The notes under the pieces: model-generated | What the model saw: the letters and a program-made list of their open reading frames with translations, nothing else | The model's database searches: none | Told to the model about the DNA's origin: nothing | In this document: positions 54,206-63,182 of the stretch, one piece after another | How positions within the stretch are numbered: position 1 is the stretch's first letter | How the letters are laid out: every line of letters starts with the position of its first letter | Made by a program: the position numbers and the translations under genes | Assembly (NCBI GenBank): GCA_964527835.1 | Contig: CAZGNV010000004.1 | Span: 40,079 to 104,078, forward strand | Length of the DNA: 64,000 bases | Direction: 5' to 3' | Source: an uncultured Desulfosarcinaceae bacterium | Lineage (GTDB): Bacteria > Desulfobacterota > Desulfobacteria > Desulfobacterales > JAFDCJ01

Positions 54206-55153
54206 TCAGCCTCCTTTTTCTTCCCTGCGGTAGGGCTTGAGCAGACCGGCTGGGATGGAGGCCTTTCTGGAAACACTGATCAGGGCCACAATGGTCAGCA
54301 GGTAGGGAATCATCAGAAACAGATGAAAAGAAACGGCGATGCCCAGGCCTTGGAGCCTGAGCTGCAGACCGTCCAGAAAGCCGAAGATCAGCGCGCCGAC
54401 GGCCCCTTTAACGGGGTCCCAGTTGCCGAAAATCACCATGGCGATGGCCACCCAGCCCCGGCCGCCAACCACATCGATCAAAAACATGTTCTGGTGGGCC
54501 AGGGTGAGAAACGCACCGCCGATGCCCATCAGGGCGCCGCCCGCCACCAGGCACAGGGTGCGGGTCAGCACCACATTGACGCCGACGGTGTCGGCGACCA
54601 CGGGATTTTCGCCCACCGTGCGGATTTTCAAGCCGAGATGGGTCTTGTAAAGCAGAATTGACAGGGCCGGAATCAGCAGCCAGGCGATATAGGTCAGGGA
54701 ATATTGGGTGAACAGGCCCGGGCCGATCAGCGGGATTTTTGAAAGCAGCGGGATGGTGATCTGCTTGAAGGGCTGGACGATGGGCGGCACGGTGGGAGAC
54801 CCGAAATGCAGCCGGTAAACGTACATGGCCAGACCGGTGGCAAACAGGGTGATTCCCAGTCCGGATACGTGCTGGCTCAGCCCCAGGTGCACCGCCAGAA
54901 ACGCCATCAGCAGCCCCAGCAGCATGCCCACCCCGGCAGCAGCCAGCACGCCCAGCCAGACGGACCCCGATGCAAAGGTGACCAGAAAGCCGGTCATGGC
55001 CCCCATCAGCATGATGCCCTCGATGCCCAGATTCAGCACCCCGGCTCTTTCCGAAAGGATCTCACCGAGGGTGGCGAAAATAATCGGGGTGGCCATTCTC
55101 ATGGTCGCTCCGATGAGACCGGAGATGAAGGCAATATCGAAAAGCGCGTCCAT
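54206..55153 (-). CDS. Nucleoside/sugar ABC transporter permease
   Basis: SERAGVLNLGIEG, GLKIRTVGENP, GRGWVAIA, MIPYLLT. Confidence 0.92.
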   Translation of the reverse strand: MDALFDIAFISGLIGATMRMATPIIFATLGEILSERAGVLNLGIEGIMLMGAMTGFLVTFASGSVWLGVLAAAGVGMLLGLLMAFLAVHLGLSQHVSGLGITLFATGLAMYVYRLHFGSPTVPPIVQPFKQITIPLLSKIPLIGPGLFTQYSLTYIAWLLIPALSILLYKTHLGLKIRTVGENPVVADTVGVNVVLTRTLCLVAGGALMGIGGAFLTLAHQNMFLIDVVGGRGWVAIAMVIFGNWDPVKGAVGALIFGFLDGLQLRLQGLGIAVSFHLFLMIPYLLTIVALISVSRKASIPAGLLKPYRREEKGG

Positions 55154-56214
55154 TATTTTTTTGTCACCCTGATCTTATATTCCGTAAAAAGCAGAAAAAT
55201 CAGCATCACCATCAGCGCCATTCCCTGGATGACTTCGGCGATATAGGTCGGCACCCCGGTCATGCGGCTCATGGTCTGGGCACCGACGATAATGACACTG
55301 AAAAAAAGCGAGGAAAACAGCACCCCCACCGGATGCAGGTTGCCCAGCATGGCGATCACGATCCCCGAATAGCCGTAGCCGGGGGATATATCCATGATCA
55401 GTCGATATTGAATGGCGCACAGCTCGCCCACTCCGGCCAGGCCCGCCAGTCCGCCGGAAATCAATGCGGTCCACACGATCACGGCGGTGGTGTTGATTCC
55501 GCCGAAATGGGCGGCCCGGATATTGACCCCCACGGCCCGGGACCGATAGCCAAAAGTCGTCTTCTGGTTGACAAACCAGATGACAAAGACCGCCAGCAAG
55601 GCGATGATAATTCCCAGATGAAACCGCGAGCGCGGCAGCAGGACGGGATAGATGGCGGCCTTGATGATGGCCGCTGAGCGGGGCCAGCTCGATCCGGGCT
55701 GCTGCAACGGTCCGAAGAGCAGTGCGCCCATGATGTGCCACATGACATAATTGAGCAGCAGGGTGGAAACCACATCATCGACTTTGAGCCGGGTCTTGAG
55801 AATCGCCGGGATGACGGCCCACAGGCCCCCGGCGAGAAAACCGCCTAGAATGACCAGCGGCAAAACCAGGGGCCCGGGCACACCGCCCAGGTGAACGCCG
55901 AGCACGGTGGCGGTCAGCGCACCGGCCAGAAGCTGGCCTTCGGCACCGATATTCCAGAACTTGGCCCGGAAGGCAAACGCCACCGCAAGCCCCGTTAGCA
56001 AAAGCGGGCTGGCCTTCACGAAGGTTTCCAGGAGGTTGAACCGGGTTCCCAGCGCCCCGTAAAACAGGTAGTAGTAGGATTTCCACAGCTGCCCGCCGGC
56101 CAGCAGGATCGGAATGGCCGACAGGATCAGGGTGACCAGAATCGCGGCGATCGGAATGACGACCCTGGCCCACCCCGGCAGGGGTTGGCGCTTGACGATT
56201 CTGAACCTGATCAT
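55153..56214 (-). CDS. Nucleoside/sugar ABC transporter permease
   Basis: WNIGAEGQ, GYRSRAVG, GYGYSGIVIA; ATG 56214 overlaps the ATPase stop. Confidence 0.92.
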   Translation of the reverse strand: MIRFRIVKRQPLPGWARVVIPIAAILVTLILSAIPILLAGGQLWKSYYYLFYGALGTRFNLLETFVKASPLLLTGLAVAFAFRAKFWNIGAEGQLLAGALTATVLGVHLGGVPGPLVLPLVILGGFLAGGLWAVIPAILKTRLKVDDVVSTLLLNYVMWHIMGALLFGPLQQPGSSWPRSAAIIKAAIYPVLLPRSRFHLGIIIALLAVFVIWFVNQKTTFGYRSRAVGVNIRAAHFGGINTTAVIVWTALISGGLAGLAGVGELCAIQYRLIMDISPGYGYSGIVIAMLGNLHPVGVLFSSLFFSVIIVGAQTMSRMTGVPTYIAEVIQGMALMVMLIFLLFTEYKIRVTKK

Positions 56215-57731
56215 TGACTGACCCCGCTCATCCAAAGACCGATCTGTTCCCGGGAGGCCTTTTGACCGGCGACTTCGCCCATGATTTTGCCTTCATAGAT
56301 GGCTGCGATCCGATCGCTCAATGCGAAAACCTCGTCGAGATCCTCGGATATCAGCAAAATGCCGGCCCCGCGTTGTCTTTCCTGCAAAAGGCGCTGGTGA
56401 ATGTATTCCATGGCGCCGACATCCAGGCCGCGCGTGGGCTGGGCAGCGATGACCACCGCCGGTTTTCCCGCCAGTTCCCTGGCCAGCATGACCTTTTGCA
56501 GGTTGCCGCCGGACAGGCTCTTGGTGACCGCCTCCCGGCCGGCGGTCGCGATACCGTAGGCCTCGATCAGCGCATCGGTGTAGCGGTGGATTCTTTTGGC
56601 TTTCATCAGACCGCAGGTTTGAAATTCGGCTGACCCATGTTTTTCAAGGATCATGTTTTCCTCGACGGAAAGATCCATCAGCAGGCCCGTATCCATGCGG
56701 TCCTCGGGGATGCGGCCCATTTTCAACTTGATGGCCGATGGGGGGTGGCCGAATTTGAGGGGCCGGTCATTTATTTTGACGACCCCCCGGGCGGGAGTGC
56801 GCAGGCCGAAGAGGACTTCGGCAAGTTCGCGCTGGCCGTTGCCGGAAATGCCGGCCATGCCCAGGATCTCATTTTGCCTGACCACCAGGTTGAGATTTTG
56901 CACGGCCGGCAGCTGCTTGTCGTTGAGGACGTCGAGATTGCGGATTTCCAGCACCGGCCGGCCGGGGTCAAGCTGTTTTTTGTCGAGGCTTTCAATCAGG
57001 TCCCGTCCCACCATCAGGTTTGCCAGCTCCCGGGTGCTGGTTGCAGCGGTATGCCGTTGCGCCACGACCCGACCGGCCCTTAAAACGACGATGCGGTCAG
57101 AAATATCCATGACTTCATTTAGTTTGTGGGAGATAAATACAACCGATCGGCCTTCGTTGACGAGGATTTTCAAGGTCTTGAAAAGCTCTTTGGTTTCAGC
57201 CGGGGCCAGAACGGCCGTGGGCTCATCCATGATGAGGATATCCACGTCCCGGTAAAGGGCTTTGAGGATTTCGATTTTCTGCTGTTCGCCCACCGACAGG
57301 GTCCACACCGGGGCGTCGGGATCGACTTGCAGACCGAAACGTTGCTCAAGGGCCAGCAGCTTGCGGCGGGCGGTCTTTAAATCCAGCAAAACGCTTTTAC
57401 CGGGTTGGGTGCCGATGACAACGTTTTCAAGCACCGTTTGCGAGGCCACCAGGGCAAAATGCTGATGAATCATGCCGATGCCGCGGGCGATGGCGTCTCT
57501 GGGTGATGCAAGATCGGCTTTTTGCCCCTTGATATAAATTTCTCCCGCATCACAGGTGTAGTAGCCGAAAAGGATATTCATCAGCGTCGTTTTGCCGGCG
57601 CCGTTTTCACCCAGCAGGGCACAGATCTCCCCTCGATAAAGGTCGAAGTCAATATTGTCGTTGGCCTTCACATCCAGAAAACATTTCGTAATCGAGGACA
57701 TGTTGACCACTGGCTGTTCGGCAGCGACCAT
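56211..57731 (-). CDS. Two-domain nucleoside ABC transporter ATPase
   Basis: GENGAGKT, LSVGEQQ, MDEPT, LSGGNLQK, SEDLDE. Confidence 0.95.
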   Translation of the reverse strand: MVAAEQPVVNMSSITKCFLDVKANDNIDFDLYRGEICALLGENGAGKTTLMNILFGYYTCDAGEIYIKGQKADLASPRDAIARGIGMIHQHFALVASQTVLENVVIGTQPGKSVLLDLKTARRKLLALEQRFGLQVDPDAPVWTLSVGEQQKIEILKALYRDVDILIMDEPTAVLAPAETKELFKTLKILVNEGRSVVFISHKLNEVMDISDRIVVLRAGRVVAQRHTAATSTRELANLMVGRDLIESLDKKQLDPGRPVLEIRNLDVLNDKQLPAVQNLNLVVRQNEILGMAGISGNGQRELAEVLFGLRTPARGVVKINDRPLKFGHPPSAIKLKMGRIPEDRMDTGLLMDLSVEENMILEKHGSAEFQTCGLMKAKRIHRYTDALIEAYGIATAGREAVTKSLSGGNLQKVMLARELAGKPAVVIAAQPTRGLDVGAMEYIHQRLLQERQRGAGILLISEDLDEVFALSDRIAAIYEGKIMGEVAGQKASREQIGLWMSGVSQ

Positions 57732-57830
57732 TTTACACTCTGGTTGAAGCGGCGGGAAATTCTACAGTTTACTGAAATCATATTGGTTCTTGCGGCCCCC
57801 GCCCGTGCCGCCCCATGGCAGGTTGGAAAA

Positions 57831-57872
57831 ATGGAATAATGGGATGCCATCCAGCCAATCCCATTATTCCAT
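57831..57872. repeat. REP-like intercistronic hairpin
   Basis: 15-bp perfect arms ATGGAATAATGGGAT / ATCCCATTATTCCAT between the binding-protein and ATPase genes. Confidence 0.85.
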
Positions 57873-57900
57873 TGGTGAGCGAGGTGAACCCGGTGCGATC

Positions 57901-58887
57901 CTAGTCTGAAACCGGCTTCTGCTCATCCACCGGGACACGGAAGGTTCCGTTTAAAATCTTCTGTTCCAGCTCGCGGACCTCCTTGAGGACATTGATCGGC
58001 AGGGTTTTTTCAAAAGCATGGAAGGGCGCCAGCCGGGCGCCGCCCTTGGCCATCATGGACCATTCTCCCAAGTCCATGGCCACCCAGGCTTTTTTCTTGA
58101 CCATTTCAATGGCGAACTTGATGGTGGGATACATATCCCAGACAGGACCGGTAATCACCACCGAGGGGGCCAGGGCGTTCTGGTCGGACATGTTGCCGAA
58201 GGCCAGAATCCCCTTTTCCTTGGCGGCTTCAAAGACGCCGAACCGTTCGGCATAGATCAGGTCCGCGCCGGCTTCGATCTGGGCGATGGCGGCTTCCTTG
58301 GCCTTGGGGGGATCAAACCAACCGCCGATGTAAGATATTTTGACCTTGACTTTGGGATTGACTTTCAGGGCGCCGGCCTTGAAGGCGTTCACCAGGCGGT
58401 TGACCTCGCCGATGGGGATGGCCGCCACCACGCCCAGCACGTTGGTCTTGGTCAGTCTGCCGGCAATAATACCACAGAGATAGGCCGGTTCATGGATCCA
58501 GTTGTCAAAGACGGAAAAATTCGGGGCCACCGGGCCGAACTCCGATCCGAAGGCAAAGGCGATGTCGGGATAATCCTTGGCCACCCGGCGGGCCGGTTCC
58601 TCACCCGCCAGAAAGGCATCGCCCACGATCAGGTCAAAGCCTCTTTCCGCATATTCGCGCAGAACTTTTTCGAAATCAGCGGCGGCCACTTTCTCGGTAA
58701 ACTCATATTCGATGTTACTCATTTCCTTTTTGGCCTTCAGGCAGGCCTGGTGGATGACCCCGTCCCAGGGTTCCTCGATGGCGGTTTGAAAAATGGCGGC
58801 TATCTTGAATTTTTTAGCATAACTTGCAGAAATGCCGAATGAAACCGATAAGAGGACAACCATGACGATCAGTGCAATTTTTTTCAT
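57901..58887 (-). CDS. BMP/PnrA-family nucleoside-binding protein
   Basis: Signal peptide MKKIALI, EPAYLCGIIAG, GGWFDPPKAKE. Confidence 0.92.
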   Translation of the reverse strand: MKKIALIVMVVLLSVSFGISASYAKKFKIAAIFQTAIEEPWDGVIHQACLKAKKEMSNIEYEFTEKVAAADFEKVLREYAERGFDLIVGDAFLAGEEPARRVAKDYPDIAFAFGSEFGPVAPNFSVFDNWIHEPAYLCGIIAGRLTKTNVLGVVAAIPIGEVNRLVNAFKAGALKVNPKVKVKISYIGGWFDPPKAKEAAIAQIEAGADLIYAERFGVFEAAKEKGILAFGNMSDQNALAPSVVITGPVWDMYPTIKFAIEMVKKKAWVAMDLGEWSMMAKGGARLAPFHAFEKTLPINVLKEVRELEQKILNGTFRVPVDEQKPVSD

Positions 58888-59290
58888 TTTTACGACCTCC
58901 TTTCTGTTGTTGGCTAAAAGTAAAAGGGAAACAGGGGATAATGCCGAAACCGCATGCGAACGCATCATTCGCGGCTTTTTGCAGCGAAACGCAAAATTAC
59001 CCGTCTGGAGGATTTATTCGTCTCAGACGGATCTACCCCCCCCTGGCGGGTCCCGCTTGCGGGGCCGCGGGGAGCTTCAACTGCGTATCGGAATCAGCGC
59101 ACACCCGCAAGGCGGTGCTGTATCGTGAGCGGAAATAATGGATTTCAAAGTAGCGAAGCCACAATGGGTTGTCAAGATGGTTTTTCAGCCGCAGCTCACC
59201 GTTTGTAAATTAAGGCCCAAAACTTTGGTTGCTTTTTATAGCGGCGGCGCTAAAATGGACCTCCCCCATATACACGAAAGGAGGTGGCCC

Positions 59291-59971
59291 ATGAGTCCTG
59301 CCATTCACACTCTTTCTTTGGGCATTGCCAACGCGTTTGTCCTCCGAGATCAGGGTGCGGTGCTGGTGGACTGCGGCCCTCCCCAAAAGGTCGATGTCTT
59401 TGTCAAGCAGCTGTCCACAGCCGGCATCGAGCCCCGGCAAATTAAGCTGATCATCATCACCCACGGCCACTGGGACCATATCGGCTCGGCAGCCGAGATC
59501 AAGCAGCTGACCGGCGCCCAAATTCTGATGCATCAACAAGAGCGCAAATGGCTCGAAGACCTGTACGCAGCTCCCCCCCAGGGGGTGGGAGGCTGGGGGC
59601 GCTTCCTGGCAAAAACCATGGCGGCCGTGATGGCGCCCTTTATCCGTGTGCCATCCGCTGCGGTGGACATCGGCTTCGAGACCGGCGAGCTGTCATTGGA
59701 ACCATACGGCATTGCCGGCCGGATTGTCCATACCCCGGGGCATACCATTGGGTCGCTCAGCGTTTTGCTGGATTCCGGCGAGGCCATTGTGGGGGACATG
59801 GCCATGAACAGCCTGCCCATGCGGCTTTCCCCCGGACTGCCCGTTTTTGCCGAAAACCTTTCCCAGCTCATGGAAAGCTGGCGGATGTTGCTCAGACAGG
59901 ATATTCAGACGATATACCCTTCCCACGGCGGACCCTTTTCTCCGGATGTTATGCGCCGGGCGGTGTCCTGA
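59291..59971 (+). CDS. Metallo-beta-lactamase-fold hydrolase
   Basis: VLVDCG, THGHWDHIG, HTPGHT, GDM, PSHG; start moved to ATG 59291. Confidence 0.88.
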   Translation: MSPAIHTLSLGIANAFVLRDQGAVLVDCGPPQKVDVFVKQLSTAGIEPRQIKLIIITHGHWDHIGSAAEIKQLTGAQILMHQQERKWLEDLYAAPPQGVGGWGRFLAKTMAAVMAPFIRVPSAAVDIGFETGELSLEPYGIAGRIVHTPGHTIGSLSVLLDSGEAIVGDMAMNSLPMRLSPGLPVFAENLSQLMESWRMLLRQDIQTIYPSHGGPFSPDVMRRAVS

Positions 59972-60007
59972 GACTCAGGGGGAAAACACCTTTAAAAGGA
60001 CAACGCG

Positions 60008-61321
60008 ATGAACGACATATTTTTCGGCAATCAGGATGTCGATGTTATTGTTGTCGGCAGCGGGCCCGGCGGCGCCACGGTGGCAAAGGAGTTGTCCCGG
60101 CGGCAGAAAAAAGTGCTCATGGTCGAATGGGGGGATAATGACCCGCTGACGAACAGCTTCTGGTATGGTGTCAAAACCCTTTTGACGCCGGGCAAAAGCC
60201 TGCTGCTGACCGGCCAGCTGCTGGGAATGGTCCGGGGCATTACCACCGGGGGGAGCACGGTGCACTACTATGCCACCTGCTATCCGGTTCCCTTTGAGAT
60301 GCTTAAATCCCATGGCGTCGATATCGCTCAAGAAGTAGCGCAGGCCCGCAAAGAACTTCCTGTCGCCCCCCTGAAAGACGAGATGATGGGGCCCATGGCC
60401 CGGCGGATCATGGAAAGCGCCCGGAATCTGGGCTACGACTGGCACAAACTCGACAAGCTCATGTACCAGGACCGGTGGCGGCCCGGATACGCGTTCGGCC
60501 ATTACGGGGATCCCTACCGGGTCAAATGGAGCTCCCGGATGTACGTCGAAGAGGCCCTGATCCACGGGGCGCAGCTGATTTGCGGTGCTCGGGCAAAAAA
60601 GGTGATCATTGAAAACGGCGCCGCCGGGGGGGTGGAATTTATAAAAGGGTCCAAATCGTTCAAGGTCTATGCCCCGACGGTGGTTGTGTCCGCCGGCGGC
60701 ATCGGCAGTCCGATGATTTTGCGGGCCAGCGGCATAAAAAGGGCCGGGTACAATTTTTTCTTTGACCCCCTGATCGGGGTGCGGGGCACCGTGGCCGACA
60801 TCGAAGTCCCGGCCAGCGAGATTCCCATGTCGGCCGGTGTGCACCTGGAAGAGGAAGGCTACATGATGACCGACATGGCGCACCCGGCGGCCACGACCGC
60901 CCTGTTTGCCGCCGGCGCCCTGCGGTTCGACCAGATGTTTTCCCGCCGCCGCACCTTGCAGATCATGGTCAAGGCCCGCGATGAGCTGGGCGGGCGGCTG
61001 ACCGAAGGCGGCGGGGTGCGCAAGAACCTGGACAAAGGCGAAAAGCGCAAGCTGCTGTGCGGTTATGAGCGGGCCCGGCAGATATTGCAAAACGCCGGCG
61101 CCAAAAACATATTCAAAACCGGGTACCTGGCGGCCCATCCCGGCGGGACCGTGAAAATCGGCGACCTGGTGGATGCCGACCTGAAAACCGAGTATGACAA
61201 CCTGTATGTGTGCGACTGCTCGGTGATTCCCGAGGCCTGGGGTCTGCCGCCGACATTGACCCTGATCGGCCTTGGCAAACGCCTGGCGCGGCATCTGGCC
61301 GGTGAACCCGGGCGTTGCTGA
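60008..61321 (+). CDS. GMC-family FAD oxidoreductase
   Basis: VVGSGPGGA, TGGSTV, SAGGIGSP, AHPGGT, LYVCDCSVIP. Confidence 0.88.
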   Translation: MNDIFFGNQDVDVIVVGSGPGGATVAKELSRRQKKVLMVEWGDNDPLTNSFWYGVKTLLTPGKSLLLTGQLLGMVRGITTGGSTVHYYATCYPVPFEMLKSHGVDIAQEVAQARKELPVAPLKDEMMGPMARRIMESARNLGYDWHKLDKLMYQDRWRPGYAFGHYGDPYRVKWSSRMYVEEALIHGAQLICGARAKKVIIENGAAGGVEFIKGSKSFKVYAPTVVVSAGGIGSPMILRASGIKRAGYNFFFDPLIGVRGTVADIEVPASEIPMSAGVHLEEEGYMMTDMAHPAATTALFAAGALRFDQMFSRRRTLQIMVKARDELGGRLTEGGGVRKNLDKGEKRKLLCGYERARQILQNAGAKNIFKTGYLAAHPGGTVKIGDLVDADLKTEYDNLYVCDCSVIPEAWGLPPTLTLIGLGKRLARHLAGEPGRC

Positions 61322-61393
61322 GTATAACCATGGGTTGAGGGCGAGGCTTCTAAATGAATCTCAAAGCTGTTTATTGATGCCTTGCAGGAGGGG

Positions 61394-61519
61394 ATGATGG
61401 CGCAAGAAGATTTCAGAAACAAAAGCTACTGGATGACGACCCGGGACTATGTGCCCGGCGATGCGCTGCAGGGGGAACTCGATGTGGACGTGGCCATAAA
61501 TATGACCCCCTGCCTGTGA
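61394..61519 (+). pseudogene. N-terminal stub of a DAO/PuuB-like FAD oxidoreductase
   Basis: MMAQEDFRNKSYWMTTRDYVPGDALQGELDVDVAI, ending just before the expected GxGxxG; good GGAGG RBS. Confidence 0.6.
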
Positions 61520-61532
61520 AAGGATGTGACCG

Positions 61533-62918
61533 ATGAAAACCCAGATCGTATTCGGCGACCGGATGATGCCGGTGACGCTGCCCGGACCGGTGCAAAGCGC
61601 CCCGCCGGGGCTGTCCACCACCCTGGCGGCCACCGCTGATATCGAGGGCGCAATTCAAAGGGCCCTCGCCCAGCCCCTGGGCCGGCTGCCGCTGGCCGAG
61701 ATGGCCCGGCCGGGCTGGAAGGTGACCATCGCCTTTGACGATCCCACGGTTCCGTGTTTTGCGCCGGTGTGGGAGCCGGCGATCAAGGCCGTGATCGCCG
61801 AACTTGAAAAAGCCGGCGTGAAAAGATCCAACATCACCCTGCTGTGCGCCAATGCCCTGCACCGCAAGTTCACCCGCCGGGAACTGGCCCGGGTCATCGG
61901 CGATGATCTGGTCAGCACCTTCGGCTATCGGCTGATCTGCCACGATGCCGAAGATGCCGCCAACTTGACCTACCTGGGCACCAGCGCATCCGGCTATGAT
62001 GTGGAGATCAACCGGCGGGTGAGCGATTCGGATCTTACCGTTTACGTCAACACCGTGGTCTGGCGCGGCTTTAACGGCGGCTGGAAGTCCATCGGTGTGG
62101 GGCTGGGGTCTTACCGCAGCATTCGCTGGCACCACACCCCGGACAGCATGTCCATGTCCATGAACAAAAACCGGATGCACAAAATACTCGACGAGATGGG
62201 GGCCGTCATCGAGGAAAAAATCGGCAGCCAGCGGATTTTCAAAATTGAAACCGTCCTGGCCAACCCCCTTGAAGTTCACAAAATCTGGGCCGGCGGGGTC
62301 ACCGAAACCCGCCGGGCCGTACTGGAGGTCATGAAATCCCAGCTCAAGCCCCGGCGTGAAATCCTGGCCGACAAGGCCGATATCGTTCTTTACGGCATCC
62401 CGAACTGGAGCCCCTATGCCGCTTTTTCGGTAATGAATCCGCTGCTCACGCTGGTTTCAACGGGCCTAGGCTATTTCGGCGGCGTGATCGAAGCCATGGG
62501 AAAACCCGGATGTACGGTCATCCTGGTCACCCCCTGTCCGGATCAGTGGAATCACGCCCACCACCCTTCCCACCGGGAGATCTGGCAAAACATACTTCCC
62601 CATTGCCGGGATCCTTATGAAATAATCGATCTTTTTGAAGACGATTTCGCCCATCGACCGGATTACATATACAAGTACCGCTTCTGCCACGGATTTCACC
62701 CCCTGCACGGACTGATGACCACCTATCCGCTCAAGCGCCTGCAGCATGCCGCCCGGGTCATCGTGGCGGGGGCCGAAAATCCGCAGGACATCCAACAGGC
62801 TCTCGGCTTTGAAACCGCTGCCAGCGTCGAGGTCGCCGTTGAAAAAGCCCGGGGCTATCATGGCCGGGAAGCGTCAATGGTATTTGTCGAGTATCCCCTG
62901 CTGGCCTGCCGGCAATAA
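61533..62918 (+). CDS. Lactate racemase (LarA/DUF2088) domain protein
   Basis: VTIAFDDPT, NALHR, CHDAE, VEINR, GFNGGWKS. Confidence 0.75.
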   Translation: MKTQIVFGDRMMPVTLPGPVQSAPPGLSTTLAATADIEGAIQRALAQPLGRLPLAEMARPGWKVTIAFDDPTVPCFAPVWEPAIKAVIAELEKAGVKRSNITLLCANALHRKFTRRELARVIGDDLVSTFGYRLICHDAEDAANLTYLGTSASGYDVEINRRVSDSDLTVYVNTVVWRGFNGGWKSIGVGLGSYRSIRWHHTPDSMSMSMNKNRMHKILDEMGAVIEEKIGSQRIFKIETVLANPLEVHKIWAGGVTETRRAVLEVMKSQLKPRREILADKADIVLYGIPNWSPYAAFSVMNPLLTLVSTGLGYFGGVIEAMGKPGCTVILVTPCPDQWNHAHHPSHREIWQNILPHCRDPYEIIDLFEDDFAHRPDYIYKYRFCHGFHPLHGLMTTYPLKRLQHAARVIVAGAENPQDIQQALGFETAASVEVAVEKARGYHGREASMVFVEYPLLACRQ

Positions 62919-62969
62919 GGGGAGATTGGCTCAATGTCTTAACGGTTGAAAAACAGGAGGTGCCATCCC

Positions 62970-63182
62970 ATGAAATGCCCGGTGTGCGGCTGCGAATATT
63001 TTTATGTCAAAAATCCGGACAATCCTAACAAGTACTACCAGTTCAGCTGCAAGGACGGAAAAGTTCACTTCAGCGCTGAAGTCAATAAAGACGAGGTACC
63101 CCAAATTACCGACAAGACCCAGGCCCACTGCATCCAGTGCGTGTGGCAGGGGGAGTTTAAAAGCCTGGTTCAGGCCGGTTAA
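62970..63182 (+). CDS. Small Cys-rich (zinc-ribbon-like) hypothetical protein
   Basis: MKCPVCG..HCIQCVW, AGGAGG RBS. Confidence 0.65.
   Translation: MKCPVCGCEYFYVKNPDNPNKYYQFSCKDGKVHFSAEVNKDEVPQITDKTQAHCIQCVWQGEFKSLVQAG

Noticed and set aside
58890-59135. Purine riboswitch ahead of the nucleoside transporter
   Set aside because: No TATAAT..GATATGG..GTTTCTACC consensus
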